Positions 25,762-36,811 of a stretch of DNA of 64,000 nucleotides are shown here, piece by piece. The notes under the pieces were generated by a model. It was not told the origin of the DNA, ran no database searches, and saw only the letters and a list, made by a program, of their open reading frames with translations. Position 1 is the stretch's first letter; the number at the start of each line of letters is the position of its first letter. The translations under genes were made by a program, and so were the position numbers. Source of the stretch: Anaerovoracaceae bacterium (GTDB taxonomy: Bacteria > Bacillota > Clostridia > Peptostreptococcales > Anaerovoracaceae); assembly GCA_051892195.1 (NCBI GenBank), contig JBJFFZ010000141.1:8352-72351 (forward strand), in the 5' to 3' direction.

Positions 25762-28700
25762 ATGAAAACAGATAATCAGTTGACGCAGGATTATAATGAA
25801 TACATGGAAGGGCAGGAACAAGCGGAAGGCGGATTTCTGCTCATCGGTGTTGATGGTCTGCGGGCCATCAATGTCAGACGCGGCCACGAGTACGGAGATC
25901 TGGTGCTCAGAACCCTGTGGGATTGTATTATCGCGGAGATTGAAGAGGATTCTGTTTACCGTGTAGGAGGCGCAGACACTTTTCTGATTTTCCTGAAGGG
26001 CGCTTATGAGGAAGAGGATGCAAAAAAAGTATTCTATGACCTGAGAGAACGGATGGAGGAAACCTTCAAAAAGCAGGACTTCAAAATGAGTTTTACCATT
26101 TCTGCAGGGATTATCCTTTTTCCGAAGTTTCAGATCAGCTGCAATGAAATGTTCACCTTTGCAGAATTTGCTCTCCTGCAGGCCAAAAATAACGGCCGCA
26201 ACTGCTGTGTCATGTTCAACAGGGAAGAGTTTCGGTATTATGTAAAGCGCAATGAGCTGTACCATCTCCTTCAGCAGGCGGTAGCAGACAATTTCAGTGC
26301 CTTTGAGGTGTATTATCAGGTGCTTATGGATCTGGAAACCATGGAGCCCTGCGGCGCCGAAGCGCTGCTCCGGTTCCGCAGCGGGGACCGGGTCATTTCG
26401 CCTGCGGAGTTCATTCCCGTGCTGGAAGAAAACGGTCTGATCGTTCCGGTAGGACTTTTTGTTATGGAGCAGGCCATGAAAATGAGCCTGAAAATGCGGG
26501 AATACGATCCGGACTTTGTGATTCATATCAACATTTCCTATGTTCAGTTCAAGCAGAGCTTCCTTTACGGCGAAGTCATGAATCTTCTGAAAAAAACAGG
26601 CGCTTTTCCGAACAATCTGGTTTTTGAGATCACCGAAAGCGGATACCTGATGGACGACCGGCGCGTTCACAACGTTCTGTCCGAGTTCCGCACCGCAGGG
26701 ATCCGCATTGCGCTGGACGACTTCGGGACGGGCTATTCAAACTTCATTTACCTGAAGGATGCAGAGATTGATATTGTAAAGCTTGACAAAATGTTTGTGA
26801 GCGGAGCTCTCGAAAACGAGAACGAATACCGGCTGATGCAGCAGATTATCGATATTGTTCATTCTCTGGGCCTGCAGATCTGTCTGGAAGGGATTGAGAC
26901 AATGAGCGAGCTTTCCACCTTCCGGAAGGAAAAGCCGGACTCTGTCCAGGGCTTTGTGTTCGGAAGGCCTGTTCCGGAGGATGTGTTTCTGCAGCAGTAC
27001 AGGGATTATGATGCCTGGGAGGATGAAAGGACCTGGACCGGAGGCGGTCAGGAAAAGACGGATGAAAAACAGCCGGGTTCCCTGAAGAAATGGTTTAAGA
27101 GGCCGGACATTCACTGGCTTCGCAGGATGCGGGATTACGGAAAAAATACCCGCCAGCTGGGCACGGCCATACTGCCCTTTATTCTGGTCATGGTGTTTTT
27201 AGTTGCGGGCTTTACAGAGTATTTCAGTTACTGGATGAGCAGCAGGTATACCGATGAAATGATCGATGCTACCATGGACAGCGAAGAAGAATATCTCATC
27301 AGCCTTGTTTCAAATGCCAGATATCTGGCCCGCAGCATTGCAGATACCGTTTCCAGAGACTATGAAAACGGAACCGTGGGCAATTATGAGAACCTGCTTC
27401 TGTCATCTGCAGACAACCACGTCACGATCAAGGGCTGCGGTCTCTGGTTTGAACCGTATGTATACGACGAAAACGAGAAATATGAGGGCCCCTATGCCAT
27501 TCGGACAGAAAGCGGCACCTCTATTACATATGAGTATTCCGGCAGTGAGTACGATTACCTGAGGCAGAACTACTATGTAAGGACAAAGGTTTCCAAAAGT
27601 CTCAATGTGACGCTTCCGTACTATGATGAGACCATGGACGCCACCATCATAACGATTTCTGCGCCTGTGAGCACATCGGACGGAAACTATCTGGGCTGCG
27701 CTACGGTGGACTTCACGGTGGACAGCCTCAGGACCCTGATCAAAATGGGCAGCATCGATTCCAGTGAGGAGTTTATGATTGTAGGCCTGCGGGGAAGCTA
27801 TATTGCGGGAGCCGAGTCAGGGGAGGAATTCTGCCGTGAAGCTCCGGACAGCAGCAACACTTCAAAGCGGGCGGCTTATCAGGCCATGGCTTACAAGAAC
27901 TCCGGATCTGCTGTCTATAAAGAAGGCAGCACCATGTATAAGCTGTATTTCCGCCAGATCAGCAGCCTGAGCTGGAAACTGGTCATGCGGATCAACCTGA
28001 CGGAGCGGTATCGGCAGATCGCATCCTATCTTGCTGTATTTGTAGGGATTTCCCTGCTGGTTCTGGTAATGGGATGTCTGCTCCTCTTCTTCTCTCTGAG
28101 GAAGCTCAGCAAAAATGAAGAAAAACTGCAGTACCAGAAAATGATATACGATGAGACACAGCTCAGCGCCGTGCAGTCCACCTTTGAGCTGATCGCCAAT
28201 ATCGATCTGTCGGCGGATACCATACTTATGGTATATAAAAGAGGAAAATCCAGTCTGCGCAATGTCAGTGAAAACAGCTATAACAGCCATCGCCGCGGGT
28301 TTTCCGCAACCCTCCATCCGGAGGACCGGGAACGCTATATGCAGTTTACAGATCCGGAGCAGCTGAAGGAAACCCTCAGGGAAAAGAGCTTTGTATCCTC
28401 CGAGTTCCGCGTCCGGTCTCAGCAGGAGTACATCTGGGAGGAGATCACCATCACCCGATGGAAACAGAAAGGTGCTTCCGGATTCTCCGACCAGTACACC
28501 TATATGATCAGGGATATCAACGAGCGCAAGCTTGTTCAGGAGCTCAATGATATGGAAAAGCAGATTCTGATCACGCAGCTGCGGCAGGCAAACGAGGTTC
28601 TGTTCCGTCACGGGATCAGCGATTCTCTGACTGGTGTGTGCAACAGGGAAGGCCTGGAGCATTACGCTCCGGATGTCCTGGAGGCAGCCGGAAAAGAAGG

Positions 28701-29112
28701 CATGCAGCTCTTCGTTATGCTGGCAGATGTGAACCGCCTGAAGCTGATCAATGATACCTTCGGACATCTAAGCGGAGATGCAGCGATTCTCATCGTCAGC
28801 CAGGTTCTGACCTGCCTGAAGGATACGGTTCAGATCTGTGCCAGAATCGGCGGAGACGAATTTGTGTATCTGGCAGCGGTGGAAGAGGGGCCTGGAGTGA
28901 TCGAACATATGCTGGAGCAGTTCCGCAGCTGTCTGGAAGAAAAAAACAAGGAGTCCTCTCTGGAATTTGATGTGACTTTCAGCTTCGGATATTACTGCGG
29001 CAGGCATCAGCAGCATCGCACTCTGGACGATTACATCCGCATTGCAGATCAGAAGATGTACGAAATGAAGCATCAGTCCAGAGAACCGGAGCAGGGAAAA
29101 AATTTTCAGTGA
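25762..29112 (+). CDS. multidomain c-di-GMP turnover protein: degenerate GGDEF - EAL - TM - Cache-like sensor - TM - PAS - GGDEF
   Basis: N-terminal GGDEF-like domain carries RVGGADTF. EAL motifs are EALLRF, DDFGTGYS, KLDKMF, EGIET and QGFVFGRP. Two TM helices flank a ~260-aa Cache-like region. The C-terminal domain has RIGGDEF. Confidence 0.9.
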   Translation: MKTDNQLTQDYNEYMEGQEQAEGGFLLIGVDGLRAINVRRGHEYGDLVLRTLWDCIIAEIEEDSVYRVGGADTFLIFLKGAYEEEDAKKVFYDLRERMEETFKKQDFKMSFTISAGIILFPKFQISCNEMFTFAEFALLQAKNNGRNCCVMFNREEFRYYVKRNELYHLLQQAVADNFSAFEVYYQVLMDLETMEPCGAEALLRFRSGDRVISPAEFIPVLEENGLIVPVGLFVMEQAMKMSLKMREYDPDFVIHINISYVQFKQSFLYGEVMNLLKKTGAFPNNLVFEITESGYLMDDRRVHNVLSEFRTAGIRIALDDFGTGYSNFIYLKDAEIDIVKLDKMFVSGALENENEYRLMQQIIDIVHSLGLQICLEGIETMSELSTFRKEKPDSVQGFVFGRPVPEDVFLQQYRDYDAWEDERTWTGGGQEKTDEKQPGSLKKWFKRPDIHWLRRMRDYGKNTRQLGTAILPFILVMVFLVAGFTEYFSYWMSSRYTDEMIDATMDSEEEYLISLVSNARYLARSIADTVSRDYENGTVGNYENLLLSSADNHVTIKGCGLWFEPYVYDENEKYEGPYAIRTESGTSITYEYSGSEYDYLRQNYYVRTKVSKSLNVTLPYYDETMDATIITISAPVSTSDGNYLGCATVDFTVDSLRTLIKMGSIDSSEEFMIVGLRGSYIAGAESGEEFCREAPDSSNTSKRAAYQAMAYKNSGSAVYKEGSTMYKLYFRQISSLSWKLVMRINLTERYRQIASYLAVFVGISLLVLVMGCLLLFFSLRKLSKNEEKLQYQKMIYDETQLSAVQSTFELIANIDLSADTILMVYKRGKSSLRNVSENSYNSHRRGFSATLHPEDRERYMQFTDPEQLKETLREKSFVSSEFRVRSQQEYIWEEITITRWKQKGASGFSDQYTYMIRDINERKLVQELNDMEKQILITQLRQANEVLFRHGISDSLTGVCNREGLEHYAPDVLEAAGKEGMQLFVMLADVNRLKLINDTFGHLSGDAAILIVSQVLTCLKDTVQICARIGGDEFVYLAAVEEGPGVIEHMLEQFRSCLEEKNKESSLEFDVTFSFGYYCGRHQQHRTLDDYIRIADQKMYEMKHQSREPEQGKNFQ

Positions 29113-29201
29113 CATGACACATACGCGTGGAACTATGGTAAAATGAAAGCTATGCAGATTGAACAATGCAAAAAATATGTAGATCATAATATGGAGGTTA
29201 G

Positions 29202-30494
<1,293 letters not shown>

Positions 30495-30759
30495 AAGGAG
30501 AGGAATGCCCCTTCAGGCTTTTTGATCCGTGCGGGCAGGCGGGGCCCCGCCTGAAACAGAAAACGTCATAAAGACCGGTTCGTCTTTTCGGACCGGTTTC
30601 TTTCTGTTTTCCTGAGGAGTTATTTGACAGATTATACGGTTGTATGATATACTTAATCAGTTCTGTGCAGAATCTGATTCTGCGCAAAAAAAATGAAGGC
30701 TCAGTTGAGCGGCACCGGTGTGTGCCGGTCTGATATGACATAGAAGGAGGTCAGTGGAG

Positions 30760-30990
30760 ATGATAACAGTCTTAATGGTATTGATCGTGATTTCATCCAT
30801 CGTGCTTATCGCAAGTATTCTTTTCCAGTCAGGAAACAGCGCAGGTCTTTCCGGTTCCATCGGAGGCGGTGCTGAGCAGCTTTTCGGAAAGAAGAAGAGC
30901 AAGGGCTACGAGACGATTCTCAGCAGGATTACTACCGTATGCGCAGTTGTGTTCTTTTTATGCGCAGTGGTTCTTACTTATCTGGAATAA
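30760..30990 (+). CDS. secG: preprotein translocase subunit SecG
   Basis: MITVLMVLIVISSIVLIASILFQSGNSAGLSG..GG.EQLFG, with two TM helices. AAGGAGG RBS sits 9 nt upstream of the ATG at 30760. Confidence 0.9.
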   Translation: MITVLMVLIVISSIVLIASILFQSGNSAGLSGSIGGGAEQLFGKKKSKGYETILSRITTVCAVVFFLCAVVLTYLE

Positions 30991-31013
30991 TCGTTTAAAG
31001 AAACTGTATCATG

Positions 31014-31062
31014 CAGGGGCTGTCATCTTGAGGCAAAAATCCTCAAAGATACAGCCCCTTTT
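31014..31062 (+). terminator. secG terminator
   Basis: AGGGGCTGT...ACAGCCCCT long hairpin followed by T5. Confidence 0.65.
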
Positions 31063-31134
31063 TGAATAAAATCGTTTTTTCTGTTTACAATAGAATCTGC
31101 ATGGACGGATTCTATGCGAAAGGAGATGGAAAAA

Positions 31135-31503
31135 ATGATGAAGTTGCGAGTAAAGGCAACAGCAATGCTGCTTGCTGCTGCAGTACTGCTTCTGCCTGGC
31201 TGCGGCATGATGAACGGAACAACAAAACAGGATGTTCAGACGGACCGTTCGGTGACAGGAACCAAGTCCACCGATGAAGTGGGAAACACTGCAGAAGGAA
31301 CCGGCGAAAACAGAACCGGTGTACAAAATGACGGCAACGGCGTGGCAGAAGGTGCAAATGACATTGTGAACGGAGCGGCCAACGGAACCAAGGATGTGGT
31401 AAACGGCGCTGCCAACGGAGTCAGAGATGCGGCAGACGGTGTTGTAAACGGTGTTAAGGACGCTGCCGACGGAGTGGCAGACTCAATGAACAACAACCGC
31501 TGA
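31135..31503 (+). CDS. small lipoprotein with Asn/Gly/Asp-rich tandem repeats
   Basis: Lipobox LLLPGC after a hydrophobic signal sequence. The C-terminal half is repeats of VNGAANG(T/V)(K/R)D / AADGVVNGVKD. Confidence 0.7.
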   Translation: MMKLRVKATAMLLAAAVLLLPGCGMMNGTTKQDVQTDRSVTGTKSTDEVGNTAEGTGENRTGVQNDGNGVAEGANDIVNGAANGTKDVVNGAANGVRDAADGVVNGVKDAADGVADSMNNNR

Positions 31504-31658
31504 TTGCGGTATGAAAGGGTCACAGGGATCCGGGGCGCCCTGAAGGGCGCCGCTACATAGGGCTGGGTTCTCTGCCCGGAGAAGAGAAAGAGAACCATAA
31601 GAAAAACAGGAACAGCAGGAATACAGGAATGAATAAATACAGGGTAGAAGAGGATTCT

Positions 31659-33977
31659 ATGCAAAAAGAGATGCATAAGGAACTGAAAATAAGGCTGGCG
31701 GATTTTTTTGAGCAGCGGGGGCCGGAGGACAAAATCACCTTTTCCGAGAGGGAGCTGTCAGAGCTTTTTCAGCTGGAGGGCAAGCAGAGAGGGGAACTGA
31801 CGGCCTGTCTGGACGAGCTGGAGGCAGAGGGAAAACTGGTGCGAAACGGAAAAGGAAAGTACCGGATGCCGGATACATCCTCTATGATTACAGGCACGAT
31901 CCAGACCATCCGCCGGGGCTCCGGATTTCTGATTCCGGAGGACGGAAGCGAAGATGTCTATATATCCAGAGATCATCTGGAAAGTGCCATGAACGGGGAC
32001 CGGGTCATGGTCCGACTGGAAACAGGAAGACCCAGGAGAAACGGACGAAGATCCGGCGTGGTAATCAATATTCTGCAGCGGTGCACCACGGAAATTACGG
32101 GAACCCTGATCCGTCACAGCAGCTATGCCTTTGTGGTTTCCGAAGACCGGCGCACAGGGGATGTGTATATTTCTGAGGAGGAGCTGGCAGGCGCCGCAGA
32201 AGGGGACAAGGTCCGGGCGGTCATCACCCGTTATGCGGACGGCACAACAGGGCTCAGAGGAAAAATCGCAGAGATATACGGAAAGGCAGGAGATCCCGAG
32301 GCGGAGCTCCGCTCGGTTCTGCATCAGTATCACATTCCGGAGTCCTTTCCGAAGCATGTGACGGCGGATGCCCATCGGGCAATAAAAGCAGTGGATTCCG
32401 GCGCCGGCGCCGGCCGGGAGGATCTCACGGGACAGCAGATCATTACCATCGACGGAGCCGATGCAAAGGACCTGGATGATGCAGTGCATGTGGAAAAAAA
32501 GGAAAACGGCAATTACCTTCTGGGGGTACATATTGCGGACGTGAGCCAGTATGTGCAGGAGGATTCCCCTCTGGACCGGGAGGCTCTGCAGCGGGGCTGC
32601 AGCGTTTACCTGCTGGACGCCGTAGTGCCCATGCTGCCGGAGCAGCTTTCCAACGGAGTCTGCAGTCTCAATGAAAATGAGGAACGACTCACCCTGTCCA
32701 TGGAGGCGGAGATTGACCCTCAGGGAAACGTGGTGTCGTACCGGATCTTTGAGAGCAGAATCCGCTCCTGTGCAAGAATGATTTACGACCAGGTATCGGA
32801 TATTCTGGAGAAGCGCGATCCAGAGCTTATGGAAAAATACAGCGCCGTGTGTCCCATGCTGTTTGAGATGAAGGAGCTGGCGGAAATCCTGCGGGCAAAG
32901 CGGGTGAAGGGAGGCAGCCTGGACTTTGATCTGGACGAATCTTATATCCAGCTGGATGAAAAAGGCATGCCTGTGGACATCCGGCCTGCGGAACGCAGAA
33001 CTGCAAACCGCCTCATTGAAGAATTTATGCTTGTTGCAAATCAGGTGGTGGCAGAGCATTTCTTCTGGCTGGAGGTTCCCTTCGTCTACCGGGTTCACGA
33101 AAAGCCTTCCAGAGAAAAGATGGAAAACTTCCGTGCCTTCGCAGGCACCCTGGGGTATACCCTGCGGGGATCTCTGGACAGCATCCACCCTGCAGCCCTG
33201 CGGGAAATTCTGGAAAACGCCCAGGGCAGACCGGAGGAAGGCGTTATCAGCCGCGTCATGCTGCGATCCATGCAGAAGGCGGACTATCAGCCCGTCTGCA
33301 GCGGCCATTTCGGCCTGGGCTTCAAATATTACTGCCACTTTACCTCGCCCATCCGCAGGTATCCGGATCTTATGATTCACCGGATCATAAAAAAACAGCT
33401 TCTGGGAGAACTGCCTCAAACGGATTCAGGCGCCCGGCGCCTGCAGTCTGCGGTGGAGGAGGCCTGCAGAATTTCTTCGGAAAGAGAGCGCAACGCCATC
33501 GATGCGGAGCGCACCATAGAAAAGAAGAAAAAAGTGCAGTATATGAGCATGCACCTGGGGGAGCAGTACGAAGGAATTATCAGCGGCGTCCTGAGCGGGG
33601 GATTTTTTGCAGAGCTTCCCAACACGGTTGAGGGCTTTGTCCCGGCAGAAACCCTGGAGGATGATTACTATGAGCTGGACCAGCAGAATTACCGGCTGGT
33701 GGGACAGCACACCAGAAGAGTACTGCCTGTAGGGGCAGCAGTTCTGGTGGAGGTAGAACGCACCGACCTGCTGAACGATGAGATCACTCTGAGGCTTGTG
33801 GAGAACCGGACGTCCGGCATCAGCCCGGCACCGGAAAAGAAAAAGAGCAGAAACTATGGAAAACAAAGACCTTTGGAACCGGATCAGGTCCCAGACAGAA
33901 AAAACAGAATCCGTCATAAGAAGCATAAGCATCAAAGGCGGCGGAAAAAAGGAACCAACAGGGGCATTGCAGAGTAA
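31659..33977 (+). CDS. rnr: ribonuclease R
   Basis: RNB domain (ITIDGADAKDLDDAV, HFGLG...YCHFTSPIRRYPDL), S1 domain and a basic C-terminal tail. Start is either 31659 (GAAGAGGA RBS) or the upstream ATG at 31629. Confidence 0.93.
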   Translation: MQKEMHKELKIRLADFFEQRGPEDKITFSERELSELFQLEGKQRGELTACLDELEAEGKLVRNGKGKYRMPDTSSMITGTIQTIRRGSGFLIPEDGSEDVYISRDHLESAMNGDRVMVRLETGRPRRNGRRSGVVINILQRCTTEITGTLIRHSSYAFVVSEDRRTGDVYISEEELAGAAEGDKVRAVITRYADGTTGLRGKIAEIYGKAGDPEAELRSVLHQYHIPESFPKHVTADAHRAIKAVDSGAGAGREDLTGQQIITIDGADAKDLDDAVHVEKKENGNYLLGVHIADVSQYVQEDSPLDREALQRGCSVYLLDAVVPMLPEQLSNGVCSLNENEERLTLSMEAEIDPQGNVVSYRIFESRIRSCARMIYDQVSDILEKRDPELMEKYSAVCPMLFEMKELAEILRAKRVKGGSLDFDLDESYIQLDEKGMPVDIRPAERRTANRLIEEFMLVANQVVAEHFFWLEVPFVYRVHEKPSREKMENFRAFAGTLGYTLRGSLDSIHPAALREILENAQGRPEEGVISRVMLRSMQKADYQPVCSGHFGLGFKYYCHFTSPIRRYPDLMIHRIIKKQLLGELPQTDSGARRLQSAVEEACRISSERERNAIDAERTIEKKKKVQYMSMHLGEQYEGIISGVLSGGFFAELPNTVEGFVPAETLEDDYYELDQQNYRLVGQHTRRVLPVGAAVLVEVERTDLLNDEITLRLVENRTSGISPAPEKKKSRNYGKQRPLEPDQVPDRKNRIRHKKHKHQRRRKKGTNRGIAE

Positions 33978-34146
33978 TCTGATGCCCCTGCCATCAGAAG
34001 AGGGGCCTGAGACGTCCGGTGGTTCCTGCAGGGTTTACACCGGGGAGCAGCTGGTGAAAGCAGCCTGCGAAAAAGCCTGCAGCAGCCTTTTGGAACAGAA
34101 TTCTTCCTGTGCCGCGGGCGGCACGTACACACAGCAGGATGCGGAA

Positions 34147-34869
34147 CTACTGGCCCGATTCATTCTGGAGGCGGTTGCGGAGCTTTCTGAGGGCGCGCCC
34201 CTCGATTCGTGATACATAGGAGCGGCTGATTCCAAGCTCCGAAGCGATTTCCCGCTGTGTCAGCTCCTGCCTTCCGAAAAGCCCGAAGCGGCGGATCAGG
34301 ATCACCTTCTCCCGGGGAGTCAGCTCCGAATCCATGGCATGATAAAGATCGGCGATCTCCATTTTCAGCTCCAGGTCATCGGAGACCAGGGTGCTGTCGG
34401 TTCCCAGAATATCTGTAAAGGATATATCATTTCCGTCCCGGTCGGTGCCCAGTGATTCGTTCATAGAGATTTCCACGGACTCTTTTTTGCTTTTTCTGAT
34501 CCACATAAGGATTTCGTTTTCGATGCACCGGGCAGCGTAGGAGCCCAGGCGGCTGCCCCGCTCCGGAGCGTAGGAGGACACGGCCTTGATGAGGCCGATG
34601 GTGCCGATGGAGATGAGATCGCTGCGCTCGGTATGAAAGCCTGTGTATTTCCCTGCAATGTGTGCAACCAGCCGCATGTTGCGCCGGATCAGTATTTCCC
34701 GCGCCTCCTGTCTTTCTGCGTCATTTCCTTCCAGCAGAAGACGGAGGTATTTTTTTTCGTCCTCCTGGGAGAGAGGGCGTTCAAAGGCGCTGTTTTCCGA
34801 GATGTAGGAGGGAAGGAATATAAGGGGCAGACCCGTAAGCACTGCTGCTGCAAACATACTGAAGACCAT
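34147..34869 (-). CDS. sigK: sporulation sigma factor pro-sigma-K, uninterrupted
   Basis: The N-terminal pro-sequence plus FLPSYISENSAFERPLSQEDEKKYL...RNMRLVAHIAGKY parallels B. subtilis pro-SigK (SYVKNNAFPQPLSSSEEKKYL...HNLRLVAHIVKKF). Region 4 is ELGISRSYVSRIE. Confidence 0.9.
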   Translation of the reverse strand: MVFSMFAAAVLTGLPLIFLPSYISENSAFERPLSQEDEKKYLRLLLEGNDAERQEAREILIRRNMRLVAHIAGKYTGFHTERSDLISIGTIGLIKAVSSYAPERGSRLGSYAARCIENEILMWIRKSKKESVEISMNESLGTDRDGNDISFTDILGTDSTLVSDDLELKMEIADLYHAMDSELTPREKVILIRRFGLFGRQELTQREIASELGISRSYVSRIEGRALRKLRNRLQNESGQ

Positions 34870-35000
34870 AGTCAGACCATCCTTTCTGTATCTATCTGAA
34901 ATTATATGGAAACAGGGCGTGTACTATTCCCCTTTTCGGGCTTCCGGCAGCGGCAGAAAAGGATGGAGGGGAGGTTTTGGCGATCTTAAGATAATTGTGT

Positions 35001-35029
35001 TTGCGATGCAACAGGTCAGATGGTAAAAT
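35001..35029 (+). promoter_or_regulatory. candidate promoter of the second ABC-F gene (TTGCGA-17-TAAAAT, with TG at the extended -10 position)
   Basis: TTGCGA at 35001-35006, 17-nt spacer ending in ..TGG, TAAAAT at 35024-35029. Confidence 0.5.
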
Positions 35030-35068
35030 GATTCATCAGTATATAAATTGATCGGGAGAATAACACAA

Positions 35069-36625
35069 ATGAGTATTGTTACAGTAGAACACCTGTCCCA
35101 CGGATTTGGAGACAGAGCGATTTTCAATGATGTATCCTTTCGTCTTCTGAAGGGGGAGCATATCGGACTCATCGGAGCAAACGGTGAGGGAAAATCTACT
35201 TTCATGAATATTATAACCGGCACTCTGCAGCCGGATGAGGGCAGGATCGAATGGGCAAAGAACTGCCGCATCGGGTATCTGGATCAGCACACGGTGCTGG
35301 AAAAGGGAATGACCATCCGGGATGTTCTGTCCTCCGCCTTTTCTTTCCTGTTTGATATGGAAGCCCGCATGAATGTGATCTGCGATGCCATGGCAGAGGC
35401 GGATGAGCAGCAGATGGAGGCGTATCTGGAAGAACTGGGGATGATTCAGGATATGCTGACGGTCCATGACTTTTATATGATCGATTCCAAGGTGGAAGAG
35501 GTCGCAAGGGCTCTGGGGCTTCTGGATCTGGGCCTGGACCGGGACGTGACGGATCTGTCCGGAGGGCAGCGCACCAAGGTTCTCTTAGGAAAGCTGCTGC
35601 TGGAAAAACCGGATGTGCTTCTTTTAGACGAACCTACAAACTACCTGGATGTTCAGCATATTGAGTGGCTGAAGCGGTATCTCAACGATTACGAAAACGC
35701 TTTTGTCCTGATTTCTCATGACCTTCCGTTCCTCAACAGCGTGATCAATGTGGTCTATCATATGGAAAACCAGGAATTCAACCGCTATGTGGGCAACTAC
35801 GATGACTTTATGAAGGTCTACGAAATGAAAAAAGCCCAGCTGGAGGCGGCCTATAACCGCCAGCAGAAGGAAATCGCAGATCTGAAGGATTTTGTAAACC
35901 GCAACAAGGCAAGAGTTGCCACCAGAAATATGGCCATGTCCAGACAGAAGAAACTGGATAAAATGGAAATGATTGAGCTGGCCGCAGAGCGGCCGAAGCC
36001 GGAGTTCCATTTCAAGACTGCAAGAACTCCGGGCAGATACATTTTTACTACAAAGGATCTGGTGATCGGTTACGATGAGCCTCTGAGCATTCCCCTGAAT
36101 CTTGAAATGCAGCGGGGAAGCAAAATTGCCCTGATCGGCTCAAACGGCATCGGCAAAACCACCCTCCTGAAGAGTCTTCTGGGTCTGATTCCGCCTCTTG
36201 GGGGCACGGTGGAGCAGGGAGATTTTCTTCAGATTGGATATTTTGAGCAGGAAATGGACAAAAATATACAGACCACCTGTATCGAGGAAATCTGGAAGGA
36301 GTTTCCCTCTTATTCGCAGTACGAGGTGCGCTCGGCTCTGGCAAAGTGCGGCCTGACTACAAAGCACATCGAAAGTCTTGTGCGGGTTCTTTCCGGAGGG
36401 GAGCAGGCGAAGGTGCGGCTGTGCAAGCTCATCAACAGAGAATCCAACGTGCTTCTGCTGGACGAGCCCACCAATCATCTGGATCAGGACGCCAAGAACG
36501 AGCTGAAGCGGGCCCTGCAGGAGTATAAGGGAAGCATTCTGATGGTGTGCCATGAGCCGGAGTTCTACGAGGGATGGACTACGGAGGTCTGGGACTGCTC
36601 CCGGTGGACCACGAGGCTGGTGTAA
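35069..36625 (+). CDS. ABC-F family ATP-binding protein (518 aa)
   Basis: Two complete ABC cassettes (GANGEGKST / LSGGQRTKVLL / LLLDEPTNYLD and GSNGIGKTT / LSGGEQAKVRL / LLLDEPTNHLD) with no TM domain. Confidence 0.92.
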   Translation: MSIVTVEHLSHGFGDRAIFNDVSFRLLKGEHIGLIGANGEGKSTFMNIITGTLQPDEGRIEWAKNCRIGYLDQHTVLEKGMTIRDVLSSAFSFLFDMEARMNVICDAMAEADEQQMEAYLEELGMIQDMLTVHDFYMIDSKVEEVARALGLLDLGLDRDVTDLSGGQRTKVLLGKLLLEKPDVLLLDEPTNYLDVQHIEWLKRYLNDYENAFVLISHDLPFLNSVINVVYHMENQEFNRYVGNYDDFMKVYEMKKAQLEAAYNRQQKEIADLKDFVNRNKARVATRNMAMSRQKKLDKMEMIELAAERPKPEFHFKTARTPGRYIFTTKDLVIGYDEPLSIPLNLEMQRGSKIALIGSNGIGKTTLLKSLLGLIPPLGGTVEQGDFLQIGYFEQEMDKNIQTTCIEEIWKEFPSYSQYEVRSALAKCGLTTKHIESLVRVLSGGEQAKVRLCKLINRESNVLLLDEPTNHLDQDAKNELKRALQEYKGSILMVCHEPEFYEGWTTEVWDCSRWTTRLV

Positions 36626-36698
36626 GGGACGGGCCGGATGACTTCTGTTTCTCTGAAAACTCTTTTCTGAAATCTTTCTTTTACAGAGGAATGTATTC

Positions 36699-36727
36699 TT
36701 GTATGGCAAAGGTTTAAGTGATACAAT
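36699..36727 (+). promoter_or_regulatory. candidate promoter of the maf-radC-mre operon (TTGTAT-17-TACAAT)
   Basis: TTGTAT at 36699-36704, 17-nt spacer, TACAAT at 36722-36727. Confidence 0.5.
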
Positions 36728-36811
36728 GTTTAGGCTGACAATTCGGAATGTTTCAGGCATTTTCAGCAGGGGCATATCCGGGGTCGGTACATTCAGGACA
36801 GGAGTATGGAT

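Noticed and set aside
31758-33419. Very long antisense ORFs opposite well-supported genes. Examples: 31758..33419 (-) opposite rnr, 57028..58629 (-) opposite the permease, 50471..51808 (-) opposite the aminopeptidase, 52018..53283 (-), 53325..54563 (-), 36140..37321 (-), 47564..48547 (-), 48736..49683 (-), 29373..30305 (-), 25603..26670 (-), 9578..10495 (-).
   Set aside because: Each lies fully inside a gene with clear family motifs on the other strand. Their translations are low-complexity (Arg/His/Gly/Pro/Cys-rich) with no recognisable motifs or RBS. This fits stop-codon depletion on the antisense strand of biased coding sequence.
33796-34212. 138-aa + strand ORF spanning the rnr 3' end and the sigK 3' end.
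   Set aside because: It overlaps two confidently assigned genes and has no RBS or motifs.
34870-34960. SigE/SpoIIID-type promoter upstream of sigK (ATACA-like -10 at GATACAGAA).
   Set aside because: The spacing to any ATA-containing -35-like element does not fit the sigma-E consensus as I recall it, so I cannot support the call.
36728-36770. Direct repeat AATGTTT(C)AGGC x2 in the maf 5' UTR.
   Set aside because: It is short and imperfect, with no associated structure or known motif, so it is likely chance.
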